Shown here in pieces: positions 18,523-29,008 of a stretch of DNA of 64,000 bases; position 1 is the first letter of the stretch, and every line of letters starts with the position of its first letter. The stretch is from Candidatus Curtissbacteria bacterium. GTDB lineage: Bacteria > Patescibacteriota > Microgenomatia > Curtissbacterales > GWA2-41-24. The notes below the pieces were generated by a model. The model was not told the origin of the DNA, searched no databases, and worked only from the letters and a program-made list of their open reading frames with translations. The DNA lies in the NCBI GenBank assembly GCA_016183325.1, contig JACPEV010000011.1:36782-100781 (forward strand), in the 5' to 3' direction. The position numbers and the translations under genes were made by a program.

Positions 18523-20511
18523 TTTAAGAATACTTATCTGATCACGAAATTGGGCCGCCCTTTCAAAATCAAGAATCCTGGCGGCGGCTTTCATTTCTCG
18601 AGTTAAAAGTTTTATGAGTTTTTGCTTGTCGGTTGATAGCATATTGCCCTCTTGGGCCCGTTTGACAGCAGACTGGATAACATCGTCTTTGACCATTCGT
18701 TCCTTTTCCTCGTAAATTTTTTCGCGATCAATAAGTTTTTCGCGTATCGGTTTTTCGACCGATTTAGGGGTGATCCCGTGTTGTTGGTTGTACTGGCGTT
18801 GTATCTTTCTTCTTCTTTCCACTTCCGCGATTGCGCGCTTCATCGATCCTGTTTCGACATCTGCGTAGAGTATGACCGATCCTTCAATATGCCTTGCTGC
18901 CCGGCCCATTGTTTGAATAAGAGACGTTTCTGAGCGAAGGAATCCTTCTTTATCGGCATCCAGAACCGCAACTAGCGCAACTTCAGGTAGGTCTAAACCT
19001 TCCCTGAGTAAATTTATACCTACAAGAACATCATAATTACCCGATCTGAGGTCGTCCAGGACGTCTTGACGATCAAGTGTTTGAATCTCCGAATGTAAAT
19101 ACTGAACCTTTAGTCCCTTTTCTTGTAAGAAATCTGTGAGTTCCTCGGCCATGCGTTTAGTCAGTGTGGTGACTAATGTTCTTTGATGTTTGGTTGCGCG
19201 TTTTTCGATTTCTTTAATTAAGTCCTCGATTTGGCCTTTTGATTTGCGAATTGAGATCTCGGGATCAATTAATCCGGTAGGGCGAACTAATTGTTCAACG
19301 ACTTGATCGCTTAAATTTAGCTCGTACTGGGCCGGGGTGGCAGATGTATAGATTACTTGACTAATTTTTCTCGCAAACTCCTCAAACTTCAATGGTCTAT
19401 TGTCGAAAGCGGATGGAAGACGAAAACCGAAGTCCACAAGCATTTCTTTTCTGGCTCTGTCTCCGTTATACATGCCATTGATTTGAGGAACGGTCATATG
19501 CGATTCGTCGATTATTAAAAGGTAGTCTTTTGGGAAATGCTCGATTAAAGAGTATGGCGGGTCACCGGGTTTCCTGCCGTCAAAATGACGCGAGTAGTTT
19601 TCGATACCTTTGCAATAACCGAGCGTTCTTATCATTTCCAAGTCATAGTTTGTTCTCTGCTTAAGTCTGTGAGCTTCAAGCATTTTGCCAGATTTTTCCA
19701 AAACTTTTAATCTTTCTTTGAGTTCTTTCTTAATGCTTTCTGTGGCATTCAGAGTTGTTTCGTCTGAGGCGATGTAGTGTTTGGCGGGGTACAACCAAAT
19801 TAATTCTGATTCTTCTATTTTTGTTCCTGTAATTGGACTGATTACTTCAAGCTTTTTGATAGTTTGATCATGAAAATTGATCCGTAAGGCATTATTTTCA
19901 TAGGCAGGCAAAATTTCAACATTTTCTCCACGAATTCTGTATGTACCTCGCCTGAAGTCGTAATCGTCGCGTTCGTACTGAAGCTTGGCAAAGCCCCTCA
20001 AGAGATCACTTCTTGACCAAATGTCGCCTACCTTGAGACCAAGCCTGGCGTTCTGATACTCTGTGGGTGATCCCAAATTGTAAATCGCCGAAACCGAGGC
20101 TACGACCACAACATCGCGTCTTGTCGCAAGCGAGGTTGTCGCTGCAAGGCGAAGCCTGTCTATTTCTTCATTTACCTCAGTTTCTTTTTCGATATAGGTA
20201 TCGGTTGCTGGCAGATAGGCCTCCGGTTGATAGTAATCGTAATAAGATACAAAATATGAAACTGCATTTTGGGGAAAGAATTCTCGAAATTCCTGGTATA
20301 GCTGCGCTGCCAGTGTTTTGTTGTGGGAGATAACTAAAGTTGGTTTTTGGACCTTTTCGATGACATTGGCGATGGTGAAGGTTTTTCCGGAACCGGTGAC
20401 TCCAAGTAATGTTTGATGGCGAAAGTTTTTATTAAGGCCTTCGACAAGTTTTTCGATTGCTTGCGGCTGGTCGCCGCTTGGCCTGTAAGTTGATGTAAGT
20501 GTAAATTTCAT
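18508..20511 (-). CDS. uvrB: Excinuclease ABC subunit B
   Basis: GVTGSGKT, YYDYYQPEAY, DESH, DFERAAQFRD. Confidence 0.98.
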   Translation of the reverse strand: MKFTLTSTYRPSGDQPQAIEKLVEGLNKNFRHQTLLGVTGSGKTFTIANVIEKVQKPTLVISHNKTLAAQLYQEFREFFPQNAVSYFVSYYDYYQPEAYLPATDTYIEKETEVNEEIDRLRLAATTSLATRRDVVVVASVSAIYNLGSPTEYQNARLGLKVGDIWSRSDLLRGFAKLQYERDDYDFRRGTYRIRGENVEILPAYENNALRINFHDQTIKKLEVISPITGTKIEESELIWLYPAKHYIASDETTLNATESIKKELKERLKVLEKSGKMLEAHRLKQRTNYDLEMIRTLGYCKGIENYSRHFDGRKPGDPPYSLIEHFPKDYLLIIDESHMTVPQINGMYNGDRARKEMLVDFGFRLPSAFDNRPLKFEEFARKISQVIYTSATPAQYELNLSDQVVEQLVRPTGLIDPEISIRKSKGQIEDLIKEIEKRATKHQRTLVTTLTKRMAEELTDFLQEKGLKVQYLHSEIQTLDRQDVLDDLRSGNYDVLVGINLLREGLDLPEVALVAVLDADKEGFLRSETSLIQTMGRAARHIEGSVILYADVETGSMKRAIAEVERRRKIQRQYNQQHGITPKSVEKPIREKLIDREKIYEEKERMVKDDVIQSAVKRAQEGNMLSTDKQKLIKLLTREMKAAARILDFERAAQFRDQISILKSPAV

Positions 20512-20679
20512 AGAAATTTTAATTATATCTCAAAAATTTGCCCCAATCCAGGATATTACGTTCAATATGATAGAATTTCCAATTATTCGCGAGGCAGAGA
20601 TATTGTTGTTTCGATCATAGCGCCAGTTGAGTAAGGTCGACCAATATTAACAACAATTATTGAAGTTATTGGTATTTTT

Positions 20680-21600
20680 CTACAGCCAGTCGTTTTTGAT
20701 GAAAATTCCAAGAAGTAAAATGACTATGGTAAGAATAGTTATTATAATGATAGCGAAAGCGTGAGAGGAATCGGCCAGAGGAAGATGGATATTCATGCCA
20801 TAAATACTGGCAATCATTGTTGGGATGGTGAGTATTACTGTTAGTGAAGTAAATAGTTTAATAACTCTGTTTAAATTGTTAGTCATAATGCTTGAATAAG
20901 CTTGCCTGATATTTACAATGTTGGTTAAGTTGGCCCTACAGAGACCGACAAGCTCTTCGTTTTCCAGAAGTAAATCTTGGGTTAATTCCTTTTCTTTTTC
21001 AAAAAGATTAAGATATTTATCGGAGTGCAAGCTTTTAACAAGGGCATTGGTTGGAACGAGAGCTGCCATGAAGTCATTCAGAATACTTTCGTAATTGACG
21101 AATTGCACAATATCATAATTGGTAATTCTTTCTACATTTACTCCAAGGCTTCTGACCTTTTTGGATATATCGGTTAAGTGGGTTCTATAAAAAGAGTCAA
21201 TTTGAAAAAAAATCTTGAGAACAGCTTTTGTTCTCTGACTCGTAGCAAAGTCAGCTTTACCGTTTGTTAGGTTTTCAAAGAAAGGAAAAGGGTTTTGGGA
21301 AATAGTTAAGATAAAATCATTGGCCATTATAATCAGAAAGGGTTTAGTTTGGACTTTACCGTTTTCGGCGTAAGGAACTCTGGTAAAAATATAAGCAAAT
21401 TCGTCTTCAACTTCAATTCGAGGAACTTCGTAAGGATCTTGGGCATCGCGAAGTTGATCTGGGTTCAGGGAAAAGTCTTTGATGAGTTTTTTTATTTCCC
21501 CTTTAGTGGGGTTTTCTACATAGATCCATGAGCCTTTTTGAAATTGTTGGATTTGTTTAAACTTTTCGTCGCTAGCATTTTTCTTATAAATGGTGATCAC
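20680..21600 (-). CDS. corA: CorA-family Mg2+ transporter
   Basis: YGMN motif after TM1; GTG at 21600 preceded by AAGGAGG. Confidence 0.88.
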   Translation of the reverse strand: MITIYKKNASDEKFKQIQQFQKGSWIYVENPTKGEIKKLIKDFSLNPDQLRDAQDPYEVPRIEVEDEFAYIFTRVPYAENGKVQTKPFLIIMANDFILTISQNPFPFFENLTNGKADFATSQRTKAVLKIFFQIDSFYRTHLTDISKKVRSLGVNVERITNYDIVQFVNYESILNDFMAALVPTNALVKSLHSDKYLNLFEKEKELTQDLLLENEELVGLCRANLTNIVNIRQAYSSIMTNNLNRVIKLFTSLTVILTIPTMIASIYGMNIHLPLADSSHAFAIIIITILTIVILLLGIFIKNDWL

Positions 21601-21689
21601 GTTGGCCTCCTTGTTATTTTCGGCCACAAAAAAACCCTTTTTGGAACAGGAATATAGGGTTGTTATTATATTAACACTAAAATTGCCTC

Positions 21690-21719
21690 TTGACAATTTC
21701 GGGTTTTGTTTGGTATGTT
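21690..21719 (+). promoter_or_regulatory. lexA promoter with candidate LexA box TTCGG-N6-TTTGG
   Basis: TTGACA 21690-21695, TTCGGGTTTTGTTTGG 21698-21713, TATGTT; near-identical box at 37559. Confidence 0.65.
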
Positions 21720-21725
21720 AGGAGC

Positions 21726-22343
21726 ATGGCAACAGTAATTTATAAACGACAGAGACAAATTTTGGATTTTCTCAACAATTACATATCCGAACATGATCAC
21801 GCGCCAACACTGGTTGAAATTGCCAAAAAGCTTGGCGTTCGTTCATTGGCGACTGTTCATGAACATTTGCAGACGCTGGAGAGAAAGGGACTTATCAGGC
21901 GAGCATCCGGTTTGGTCCGAGGGATCGAGCTTGTGGACAAAAAAATTGGTCAAGTCGTGCGTGGTATCGACTTACCACTTTTGGGATTTATCGCTGCCGG
22001 CTCCCCTATCGAACCGTATACAGATCCCAATGCGACATTTGCTGTTTCTCCTAACATGATTGCTCCAAATAAAAAATCTTACGTTTTGCAAGTCAGGGGC
22101 CAGTCGATGGTGGAGGATGGGATTTTGGATGGAGATTATGTGGTGGTCGAGGAAACGAACGAAGCCAGAAACGGCGACATAGTAGTTGCGATGATCAGTA
22201 GTGGGGTTGTAACGCTAAAGAGATTTTTTAAAGAAAAGGATCGGATTAAACTTGCTCCGGCAAACTCCAACATGCAGCCGATTTATGTGAAAGACGTAAC
22301 GATTCAGGGAAAATGTGTTGGTGTAATTAGAAGGTATAGTTAA
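21726..22343 (+). CDS. lexA: SOS repressor LexA
   Basis: wHTH (RQRQILDFL, PTLVEIA), IAAG cleavage site, GQSM Ser, TLKRF Lys. Confidence 0.95.
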   Translation: MATVIYKRQRQILDFLNNYISEHDHAPTLVEIAKKLGVRSLATVHEHLQTLERKGLIRRASGLVRGIELVDKKIGQVVRGIDLPLLGFIAAGSPIEPYTDPNATFAVSPNMIAPNKKSYVLQVRGQSMVEDGILDGDYVVVEETNEARNGDIVVAMISSGVVTLKRFFKEKDRIKLAPANSNMQPIYVKDVTIQGKCVGVIRRYS

Positions 22344-22417
22344 GACTAGGTAGTCTCCCAAAGTGCAGAATTTTCGAAAATTGACGGGAATCCTCTTTCG
22401 GTACTACAATACTCCAA

Positions 22418-23293
22418 ATGCCTGATAGAAATCCAAGAAGATTTACAAGAAGAGATTTTATAAATATTTCTACGGGGGTTGCAGTAGGTCTAGTTCTGGG
22501 GGCTGCTGCAGAAAAAACCATGCTAGACAGGTTAGCGTTGTCTTCACTTCCGGACAATGCGGAGAACACTCAAGATGAGGAAAAAAGGCAAAAACTCAAA
22601 AGCCTTATAGAAGGTTGGCACGATAATCCCCAATATGTAGGAGTAATGCCTCACGGCGCATATGGACCGGCACTGGATATGTATTATGCGGCTGTGGGAG
22701 ATAAGTTAAGACAAGACAAGGAGGACGGAAAATTAGATGTTTCAACATCAATTTGGAATACCAATTACATAAGTAGCGAATTTTATTTCCAGCCTGAGAA
22801 GCTAGTTATTCCAAATCGCAACGGTTCAACACGCTCTATTTCGGTTGGTCCCAAGGACTTTCCCAATACTTTTAAGGAAGATGACATTGAACTGCTTCTG
22901 AATAGTACTAAAGATGGGACTTGGCAAATTAATAGATTTATGCCTTATGTAGTGGCAGGGGTCCAATATGGAGAGCGAGTGGGTGCAATAACTGCAGTAA
23001 TTCCCACAGAACACTTACCAGAAAATCGTTTTATCTTTGTGTTTACGCATATACCGTATAGGAATGAGTGGCAACGACAATCGGTAGATGCATTCCAGGT
23101 TACAACAGGTGAAGAGCAAAATCCCAAACGCTTTATATATGTCAATTTAGAATCTTATAATCCTGAAAATTTATCTTCCAGAGATAGCCAATTTGCTCAT
23201 GATCTTGTTGCCATAGCCATTAGTGATGCATCCACAGGTCATGTTTTAGAAAAAGCCGTACTTGCTCAGCCTCATTTTACTACTCATAGTTGA
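22418..23293 (+). CDS. Hypothetical exported protein with a twin-arginine-like N-terminus
   Basis: TRRDFINISTGVAVGLVLGAAA. Confidence 0.6.
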   Translation: MPDRNPRRFTRRDFINISTGVAVGLVLGAAAEKTMLDRLALSSLPDNAENTQDEEKRQKLKSLIEGWHDNPQYVGVMPHGAYGPALDMYYAAVGDKLRQDKEDGKLDVSTSIWNTNYISSEFYFQPEKLVIPNRNGSTRSISVGPKDFPNTFKEDDIELLLNSTKDGTWQINRFMPYVVAGVQYGERVGAITAVIPTEHLPENRFIFVFTHIPYRNEWQRQSVDAFQVTTGEEQNPKRFIYVNLESYNPENLSSRDSQFAHDLVAIAISDASTGHVLEKAVLAQPHFTTHS

Positions 23294-23318
23294 TTCTCAT
23301 TTGATTTCAGTGATTTCG

Positions 23319-24581
23319 TCAGCCTTTGAATTTGAGAAAAAGAAAAACTGTGGCGGCGGCGGTCATCAAAATTAAAGTAAATCCCCCTAAAATATTGCTT
23401 GCTGTATTATTTGCTGCGTTGCCCATAACTTGTTTTTTGTTTGCAATCAAAAGAATGAACATGATCAATATTGGCGAGATTAGACCATAGATGACGGCGG
23501 TCGCAAAAAGTGCTTTGAAGGGATTGATGTTGGCAAGATTCATCAAAAACCCGATAACAGTCGAAACGATTATTACCCCATAGAAAGCTCTAGCTTGTCT
23601 AAAAGATTTGGAAAGACCCTCACGCCAGCCGAAGATTTCTGAAACTGCGTAGGCGGCAGAACCAGCCAGGACTGGAATGGCGAGTAATCCCGTACCGACG
23701 ATTCCCAGAGTGAATAGTAGAGACGAGGCACTGCCGGCTATTGGTTCGAGAGCTTTGGCTGCGTCTGACGCGGTAGTAATTTCATTGATGCCGAATCGGT
23801 AGAGGGTCGATGCGGTGGTCGCGATGATGGCAAACATGACAAGGTTTGAAAAAAACATGCCTAGGTTAACATCCTCCGAAACTTGTTTTAGCTCATGTTT
23901 GGTGACGATGATTTTTTTGTGTTTTTCTCTTTCGATTTCCTTTCTTTCCTCGACTTCTTCAGAGGTCTGCCAGAAAAATAAATAAGGAGAAATAGTGGTG
24001 CCTAGAATAGCGACTATCAGTGTGATCGACTCGCGATTAAAATCAAAACTTGGAACGAAGGTGCTAATTAAAATCTGGTCCCAATCTTGTTTGGTAACAA
24101 GTGCTGAGGCGACATAGGCAAAGAGGGCAAAAGTTAGCCATTTGAGTTTATCTGCAATAAACTTATATGGAAATTTGATCATCAAAATTATGATCAGTCC
24201 CGTGGTTATTGCTGCAACCAGAAGCGGATGGGCCGGGACAAGAAGATTGGTGGCTTGAGCCATGCCCGCCAAGTCTGCGCCGATGTTGATCGTATTGGCT
24301 ACCACGATAAGAAGAGCTAAAAAATAAAGAAGCGGCTTTGATTTATAAACAGATTTGATATTGCCTGCCAATCCCCTTTCCGTAACTACTCCAATTCGAG
24401 CACACATTTCTTGAATGGCTGCCATCAAGGGGAAGGTCAAAAGGGCGGTCCAGAGGAGTCCGTAGCCTTGTGAGGCACCGGCTATTGAATAAGTGGCAAT
24501 GCCTGAAGGATCATCATCGGAAGCGCCAGTGATAATGCCTGGGCCAATTTTTTTGAAGATTCTTTTTAGTTTTTTGGCCAC
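23319..24581 (-). CDS. NRAMP-family divalent metal transporter
   Basis: GPGIITGASDDDPSGIATY, GTTISPYLFFWQ. Confidence 0.92.
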   Translation of the reverse strand: MAKKLKRIFKKIGPGIITGASDDDPSGIATYSIAGASQGYGLLWTALLTFPLMAAIQEMCARIGVVTERGLAGNIKSVYKSKPLLYFLALLIVVANTINIGADLAGMAQATNLLVPAHPLLVAAITTGLIIILMIKFPYKFIADKLKWLTFALFAYVASALVTKQDWDQILISTFVPSFDFNRESITLIVAILGTTISPYLFFWQTSEEVEERKEIEREKHKKIIVTKHELKQVSEDVNLGMFFSNLVMFAIIATTASTLYRFGINEITTASDAAKALEPIAGSASSLLFTLGIVGTGLLAIPVLAGSAAYAVSEIFGWREGLSKSFRQARAFYGVIIVSTVIGFLMNLANINPFKALFATAVIYGLISPILIMFILLIANKKQVMGNAANNTASNILGGFTLILMTAAATVFLFLKFKG

Positions 24582-24619
24582 CTATTCAACTTTGACAAAA
24601 ACTTATCAAAGTTGCAAAT

Positions 24620-25255
24620 TTACCTGGTTTTTTGTTTTTTTCGCAGTTTATAGTGGATGTAGACTCCTAACAGGATTATAGTGACGGCTATTATCGCAAT
24701 GTCAAACTTTCGGAAGTAAGGTCTGATGATTTGCCAATTTTCCCCAAGTTTAAGACCAATGTATCCCAGAAAGAATGACCAGATTAAAGAACCAAAGAAA
24801 GTTAGTACGCTAAACTTTAAAAAAGGAAGCCTGACAACCCCGGCCGGAAGTGAAATAACTGTTCTTATGGCCGGTAAGACACGGGCAATGGCTGCTACCC
24901 ACTGTCCGTATTTTTTGAAAAGTTTAAGGGCAGAATCGTACTCTTCTTCTGTTAAGAGAATAAACTTGCCGAATTTGCTGATAAATCTACGAACAAATAC
25001 TCGATGACCCCAGTAGCCGAGTGCGTAGGCGGCCCAGGAACCAACAAGATTACCTGATGCGCCGGCAAAGGTGATAGCCATGAGGTTGAATCTGCCTTCT
25101 GAAACCAAAAAACCGGAGAAGGGCATGATGATCTCTGAAGGAATGGGAATGAGAGCAGATTCTAGTGCCATTAAAATAAAAATCCCCGGATAGCCAAGGT
25201 TAGATATAACGTCCATGACCCAAAAGGCGATAGTTTCTAAAATTGATTCTTCCAT
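24620..25255 (-). CDS. DedA family membrane protein
   Basis: ESALIPIPSEIIMPFSG, RVLPAIRTVISLPAG. Confidence 0.92.
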   Translation of the reverse strand: MEESILETIAFWVMDVISNLGYPGIFILMALESALIPIPSEIIMPFSGFLVSEGRFNLMAITFAGASGNLVGSWAAYALGYWGHRVFVRRFISKFGKFILLTEEEYDSALKLFKKYGQWVAAIARVLPAIRTVISLPAGVVRLPFLKFSVLTFFGSLIWSFFLGYIGLKLGENWQIIRPYFRKFDIAIIAVTIILLGVYIHYKLRKKQKTR

Positions 25256-25276
25256 AGGTTGACAACTGACAACTGA

Positions 25277-25308
25277 CCCTTCGATTCACTACGTTCGCTC
25301 AGGGCAAG
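25277..25308. repeat. CCCTTCGA...CTCAGGG REP-like palindrome preceded by heptamer repeats
   Basis: cccttcgattcactacgttcgctcagggcaag after (tgacaac)n. Confidence 0.7.
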
Positions 25309-25338
25309 CAATTGACTTTTATATAATGTCGATTAACA

Positions 25339-26052
25339 ATGAACGATAAACCATTAACTGATGATATGGGTACTCTGTTTATTGTAGCGACACCGATTGG
25401 CAATTTAAAAGATATCACGTTTAGGGCGGCTCTCGTCTTGAAAGATGTCGACTACGTTCTTTGTGAAGATACAAGAATATCTGGAAGATTGCTTTTCGAC
25501 CTAAAAATCGAAAAGCAGAAGATTGTTTTCAATGACTTTAATGAGGAGTCGAAAATTGCAGGAATTGTTGGCGATCTTAAATCAGGCAAAGATATTGCTT
25601 TAGTTTCTGACGCCGGAACTCCTCTTATATCAGATCCGGGATATAAACTGGTGAGGGAATGTATTTCGCGTGGAATTAAGGTTGAAGCAATTCCTGGCCC
25701 ATCGGCAGTGATTGCGGCGCTAACGGTTTCCGGATTGCCACCTGATAAATTTTTGTTTTTAGGATATTTGCCGAAAAAAGATGGCAAACGAATGAAATTT
25801 TTAAAAGATTTATTTACCATACTACATAGTATGGAAGATAAACATTTTAGGACGACAGTAATTTTTTACGAGTCACCTTACAGACTTGTTGATATGTTAA
25901 ATGACGTTTTGGAGATTTTTGGGGATATTGATATCATCGTTTGTCGAGAGTTGACTAAGATACATGAAGAAGTAAGGAGAGAGAAAATTTCGGAATCGAT
26001 AAAGCACTTTTCGGAGGTTAATCCAAAAGGAGAGTTTACAGTCTTGATGTGA
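25339..26052 (+). CDS. rsmI: 16S rRNA (cytidine1402-2'-O)-methyltransferase
   Basis: VATPIGNLKDIT, CEDTR, SDAGTPLISDPG, RELTKIHEE, KGEF; start may be 25366. Confidence 0.95.
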   Translation: MNDKPLTDDMGTLFIVATPIGNLKDITFRAALVLKDVDYVLCEDTRISGRLLFDLKIEKQKIVFNDFNEESKIAGIVGDLKSGKDIALVSDAGTPLISDPGYKLVRECISRGIKVEAIPGPSAVIAALTVSGLPPDKFLFLGYLPKKDGKRMKFLKDLFTILHSMEDKHFRTTVIFYESPYRLVDMLNDVLEIFGDIDIIVCRELTKIHEEVRREKISESIKHFSEVNPKGEFTVLM

Positions 26053-26068
26053 GATCGAACAAGTTTCA

Positions 26069-27670
26069 CTATTCTAACAAATTTCGGCCAGTCATTTGGG
26101 ATGGCCTGGCAATTTGAAGAATGCTAAGAATTGTAGGAGCGACGTCGGCGAGAAGACCTCTTTTGAGTTGGAGATTTTTGTTTTGGAGTTCTTTTATAAC
26201 AAAAATGCAAGGGGCTGGATTGGCACTATGTTCGGTGTTAATTTGACCAGTTCTGAGGTTTATCATCTCTTCTGCGTTACCATGATCGGCGGTGATAATG
26301 ACCGCTCCACCTTTTGACAGGGCAGATTTAACAACTAACCCCAAGTAGATATCGATCGTCTCTACGGCTTTAACAGTTGCTTGAAAATTCCCGGTGTGGC
26401 CGACCATATCGGCATTGGCAAAATTCACAATTATAAAATCGTAATAATGGCCATTAATCTTGAAGAGAAGTTTTTGTGCGACTTGTGGCGTGGACATTTC
26501 GGGAATTTGGTCATAGGAGGCAACTTTTTGGGAGTTAACTAGAATTCTATCTTCGCCTTGAAACGGGGTTTCCCTGCCTCCATTAAAAAAATAAGTTACA
26601 TGGGCGTATTTTTCGGTTTCAGCGATATGAAGTTGTCGTCTATTGATTTCTGAGAAAACCCTGGCAAGAGGAATGGCAATCTCTATGGGTTTAAAAGCAA
26701 CACCAGCTACTGGTAAGCCGTGTTCATATTGAGTAAGGGTGACAAAATAAAGATTTTTAATTTTAGGACCTCTTTCAAATGTCTTGACAATGTCTCCGGA
26801 GGAGGTTCTAGTATCCTTTAGTTGATCTTGAACGAAGGCTTTGGTCAGCTGGCGGGCTCGATCCGGTCGGTAGTTGAAAAAGATAACGGAGTCATTCTGT
26901 GAAATCGGCCCAATAGGAGCACTATTTTGGTCAACAATAGTCGTAGGCTCAATGAATTCATCGGTAATCCCGGCCGCGTAAAATTTCTCTATTAGATCAA
27001 GCACATTATTTGATCTTCTAGTGCTGTTCGCGGTTAAGGCCAGATAGGCTTTTTGAGTTCTATCCCAGCGATTGTCTCGATCCATAGCGTAGTATCGACC
27101 AGAGACAGTAGCAATCCTGCCAAGTGCAGCTACATTTAAAGTATTTGTTAACTGGGCAAGGTAAACACTGGCGGAAGTAGGAGGACTATCTCTGCCATCA
27201 GTAAATAAATGGAGCATGACTCTTGTGTAATCAATACCTGACAACTTTAAAAGTTTCAAAAGAGCATATAAATGTTCCATCTCACTGTGGACGGAGCCAA
27301 GACCCACAAGGCCTATTAGGTGAACTTTGGAATTGTAAGTATTTGCATGATCAATTGCCGCCAATAATACTTCGTTTCGAAAAAAAGAACCATCTTCGAT
27401 GGTTAAATTGATTCTTAATAAATCCTGATAAACAATCCTTCCGGCTCCTAAGTTGAGGTGACCGACTTCGCTGTTGCCGACGTGGCCAATTGGAAGTCCA
27501 ACAGATTGGCCTGATGTTTGGAGAATAGTGTGGGGATAAGAAAACCAATATCCGTAAAAGTTAGGAAGATTGGCACGAGAAATGGCATTGCCCGGGCTAT
27601 CCGGAGCTATTCCCCAACCATCAAGGATGCAAAGGACGAGAGGTCTTGGTTTTTGAAATACTTTAAGCAT
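26069..27670 (-). CDS. gpmI: 2,3-BPG-independent phosphoglycerate mutase
   Basis: ILDGWG, GNSEVGH, DGRD, GRYYAMDRD, ETEKYAHVT, DMVGHTG, TADHGNAE. Confidence 0.97.
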   Translation of the reverse strand: MLKVFQKPRPLVLCILDGWGIAPDSPGNAISRANLPNFYGYWFSYPHTILQTSGQSVGLPIGHVGNSEVGHLNLGAGRIVYQDLLRINLTIEDGSFFRNEVLLAAIDHANTYNSKVHLIGLVGLGSVHSEMEHLYALLKLLKLSGIDYTRVMLHLFTDGRDSPPTSASVYLAQLTNTLNVAALGRIATVSGRYYAMDRDNRWDRTQKAYLALTANSTRRSNNVLDLIEKFYAAGITDEFIEPTTIVDQNSAPIGPISQNDSVIFFNYRPDRARQLTKAFVQDQLKDTRTSSGDIVKTFERGPKIKNLYFVTLTQYEHGLPVAGVAFKPIEIAIPLARVFSEINRRQLHIAETEKYAHVTYFFNGGRETPFQGEDRILVNSQKVASYDQIPEMSTPQVAQKLLFKINGHYYDFIIVNFANADMVGHTGNFQATVKAVETIDIYLGLVVKSALSKGGAVIITADHGNAEEMINLRTGQINTEHSANPAPCIFVIKELQNKNLQLKRGLLADVAPTILSILQIARPSQMTGRNLLE

Positions 27671-27743
27671 TAATACATATAAATTTCAAATAATTACCAA
27701 TTTCAAATGTCAGATTTCAAATTGAATATTAGAGATTTGAAAT

Positions 27744-28997
27744 TTATGACAGCTCATACTCAATCTCCAGGAGCCTGTTGTATTTTGCAACACGCTCCCC
27801 TCTTGCCGGTGCTCCAAATTTGACGTAGTCAGCACCCACTCCTACAGCAAAATCTGCAATGGAGTCGTCATTGGTTTCACCAGACCGATGAGACACAATT
27901 ATCTTAAAATTGGCCTCTTTAGCAGCTTTAACGACCCTTAGAGCCTCGGTAATGGTTCCAGCTTGGTTAGGTTTAATGACAACGGCATTTGCAGCTTTCT
28001 GACTGATGCATTTTTCCAATCTCGAATAATTAGTAGCAATAAGATCGTCTCCGGTAATCAAGGTTTCGCCTCCCAATTTTTCAGTTAAAGCGCGCCACTG
28101 ATCCCAATCATCTTGATCGAAGGGATCCTCTAGCGAAAGCAGATGGTATTGTTCATTTAAAACGAGAAAAAAATCTAAAAGGTCGTTGGCTGAAAGGGCG
28201 ACTGGCCGATCTTTAATCTTATAGGAACTTCCTTGTTTAATGTGGGAAGCGGCAATATCAAGGCTAATGAAAGCGTCCCATCCAAATTTATAGCCAGCTC
28301 TTGCGACTGCTTCTTCAAGAATTTTAAGTGCATCTATGTTTGAATAAAGTGTCGGCGCATAACCGCCTTCATCACCAATTAGAGCTATAGCACTGTGACT
28401 TTTGATGGTTTCTCTAAGAGCATAGTAAATTTCAGCGCCAAGTCTGAGACTCAATGAGTAAGAACTTGATCTGGGAGTTACGACCATAAACTCTTGAAAA
28501 TCTAAATTGCCGTCAGCATGCTGGCCTCCATTTAGAATATTGAACATGGGTGTGGGAATTACAAACTCATGGATATTTGCTGACTGTAATTTGGCAATGT
28601 ATTGATAAACGGGCATTTTTTGGGAAGTTGCTTGAGCTTTGGCAATCGCAGTAGAGATAGCAATGGTCACGTTGGAGCCGAGATTTGATTTGTTGGGAGT
28701 ACCATCTGCAGTTGTAATAATTTGATCAATTTGTTCTTGGTTTTGAGCATCTTGGCCAATTAATCTGGGAGCTAAAGTTGAATGGATTTTGCGCAAACCT
28801 TCAAGAACTCCTTTTCCCTGGAATCGTTTAGAGTCAATATCTCTTATTTCGATCGCTTCATATTTACTCTTGCTGGTTCCTGATGGAGAAGAAGATACAC
28901 CCATTGATTTATCAGCGAGTTGGACGATAGCTTCAATTGTCGGATAGCCTGTGCTATTTAGGATTTCTCTAGCGATGATTTTCTCTATTTTGGCCAT
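27744..28997 (-). CDS. eno: Enolase
   Basis: QEFM, GDEGG, EDP, GDDL, KPNQ, SHRSGET, ERVAKYN. Confidence 0.95.
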   Translation of the reverse strand: MAKIEKIIAREILNSTGYPTIEAIVQLADKSMGVSSSPSGTSKSKYEAIEIRDIDSKRFQGKGVLEGLRKIHSTLAPRLIGQDAQNQEQIDQIITTADGTPNKSNLGSNVTIAISTAIAKAQATSQKMPVYQYIAKLQSANIHEFVIPTPMFNILNGGQHADGNLDFQEFMVVTPRSSSYSLSLRLGAEIYYALRETIKSHSAIALIGDEGGYAPTLYSNIDALKILEEAVARAGYKFGWDAFISLDIAASHIKQGSSYKIKDRPVALSANDLLDFFLVLNEQYHLLSLEDPFDQDDWDQWRALTEKLGGETLITGDDLIATNYSRLEKCISQKAANAVVIKPNQAGTITEALRVVKAAKEANFKIIVSHRSGETNDDSIADFAVGVGADYVKFGAPARGERVAKYNRLLEIEYELS

Positions 28998-29008
28998 TTT
29001 TTGGACGA

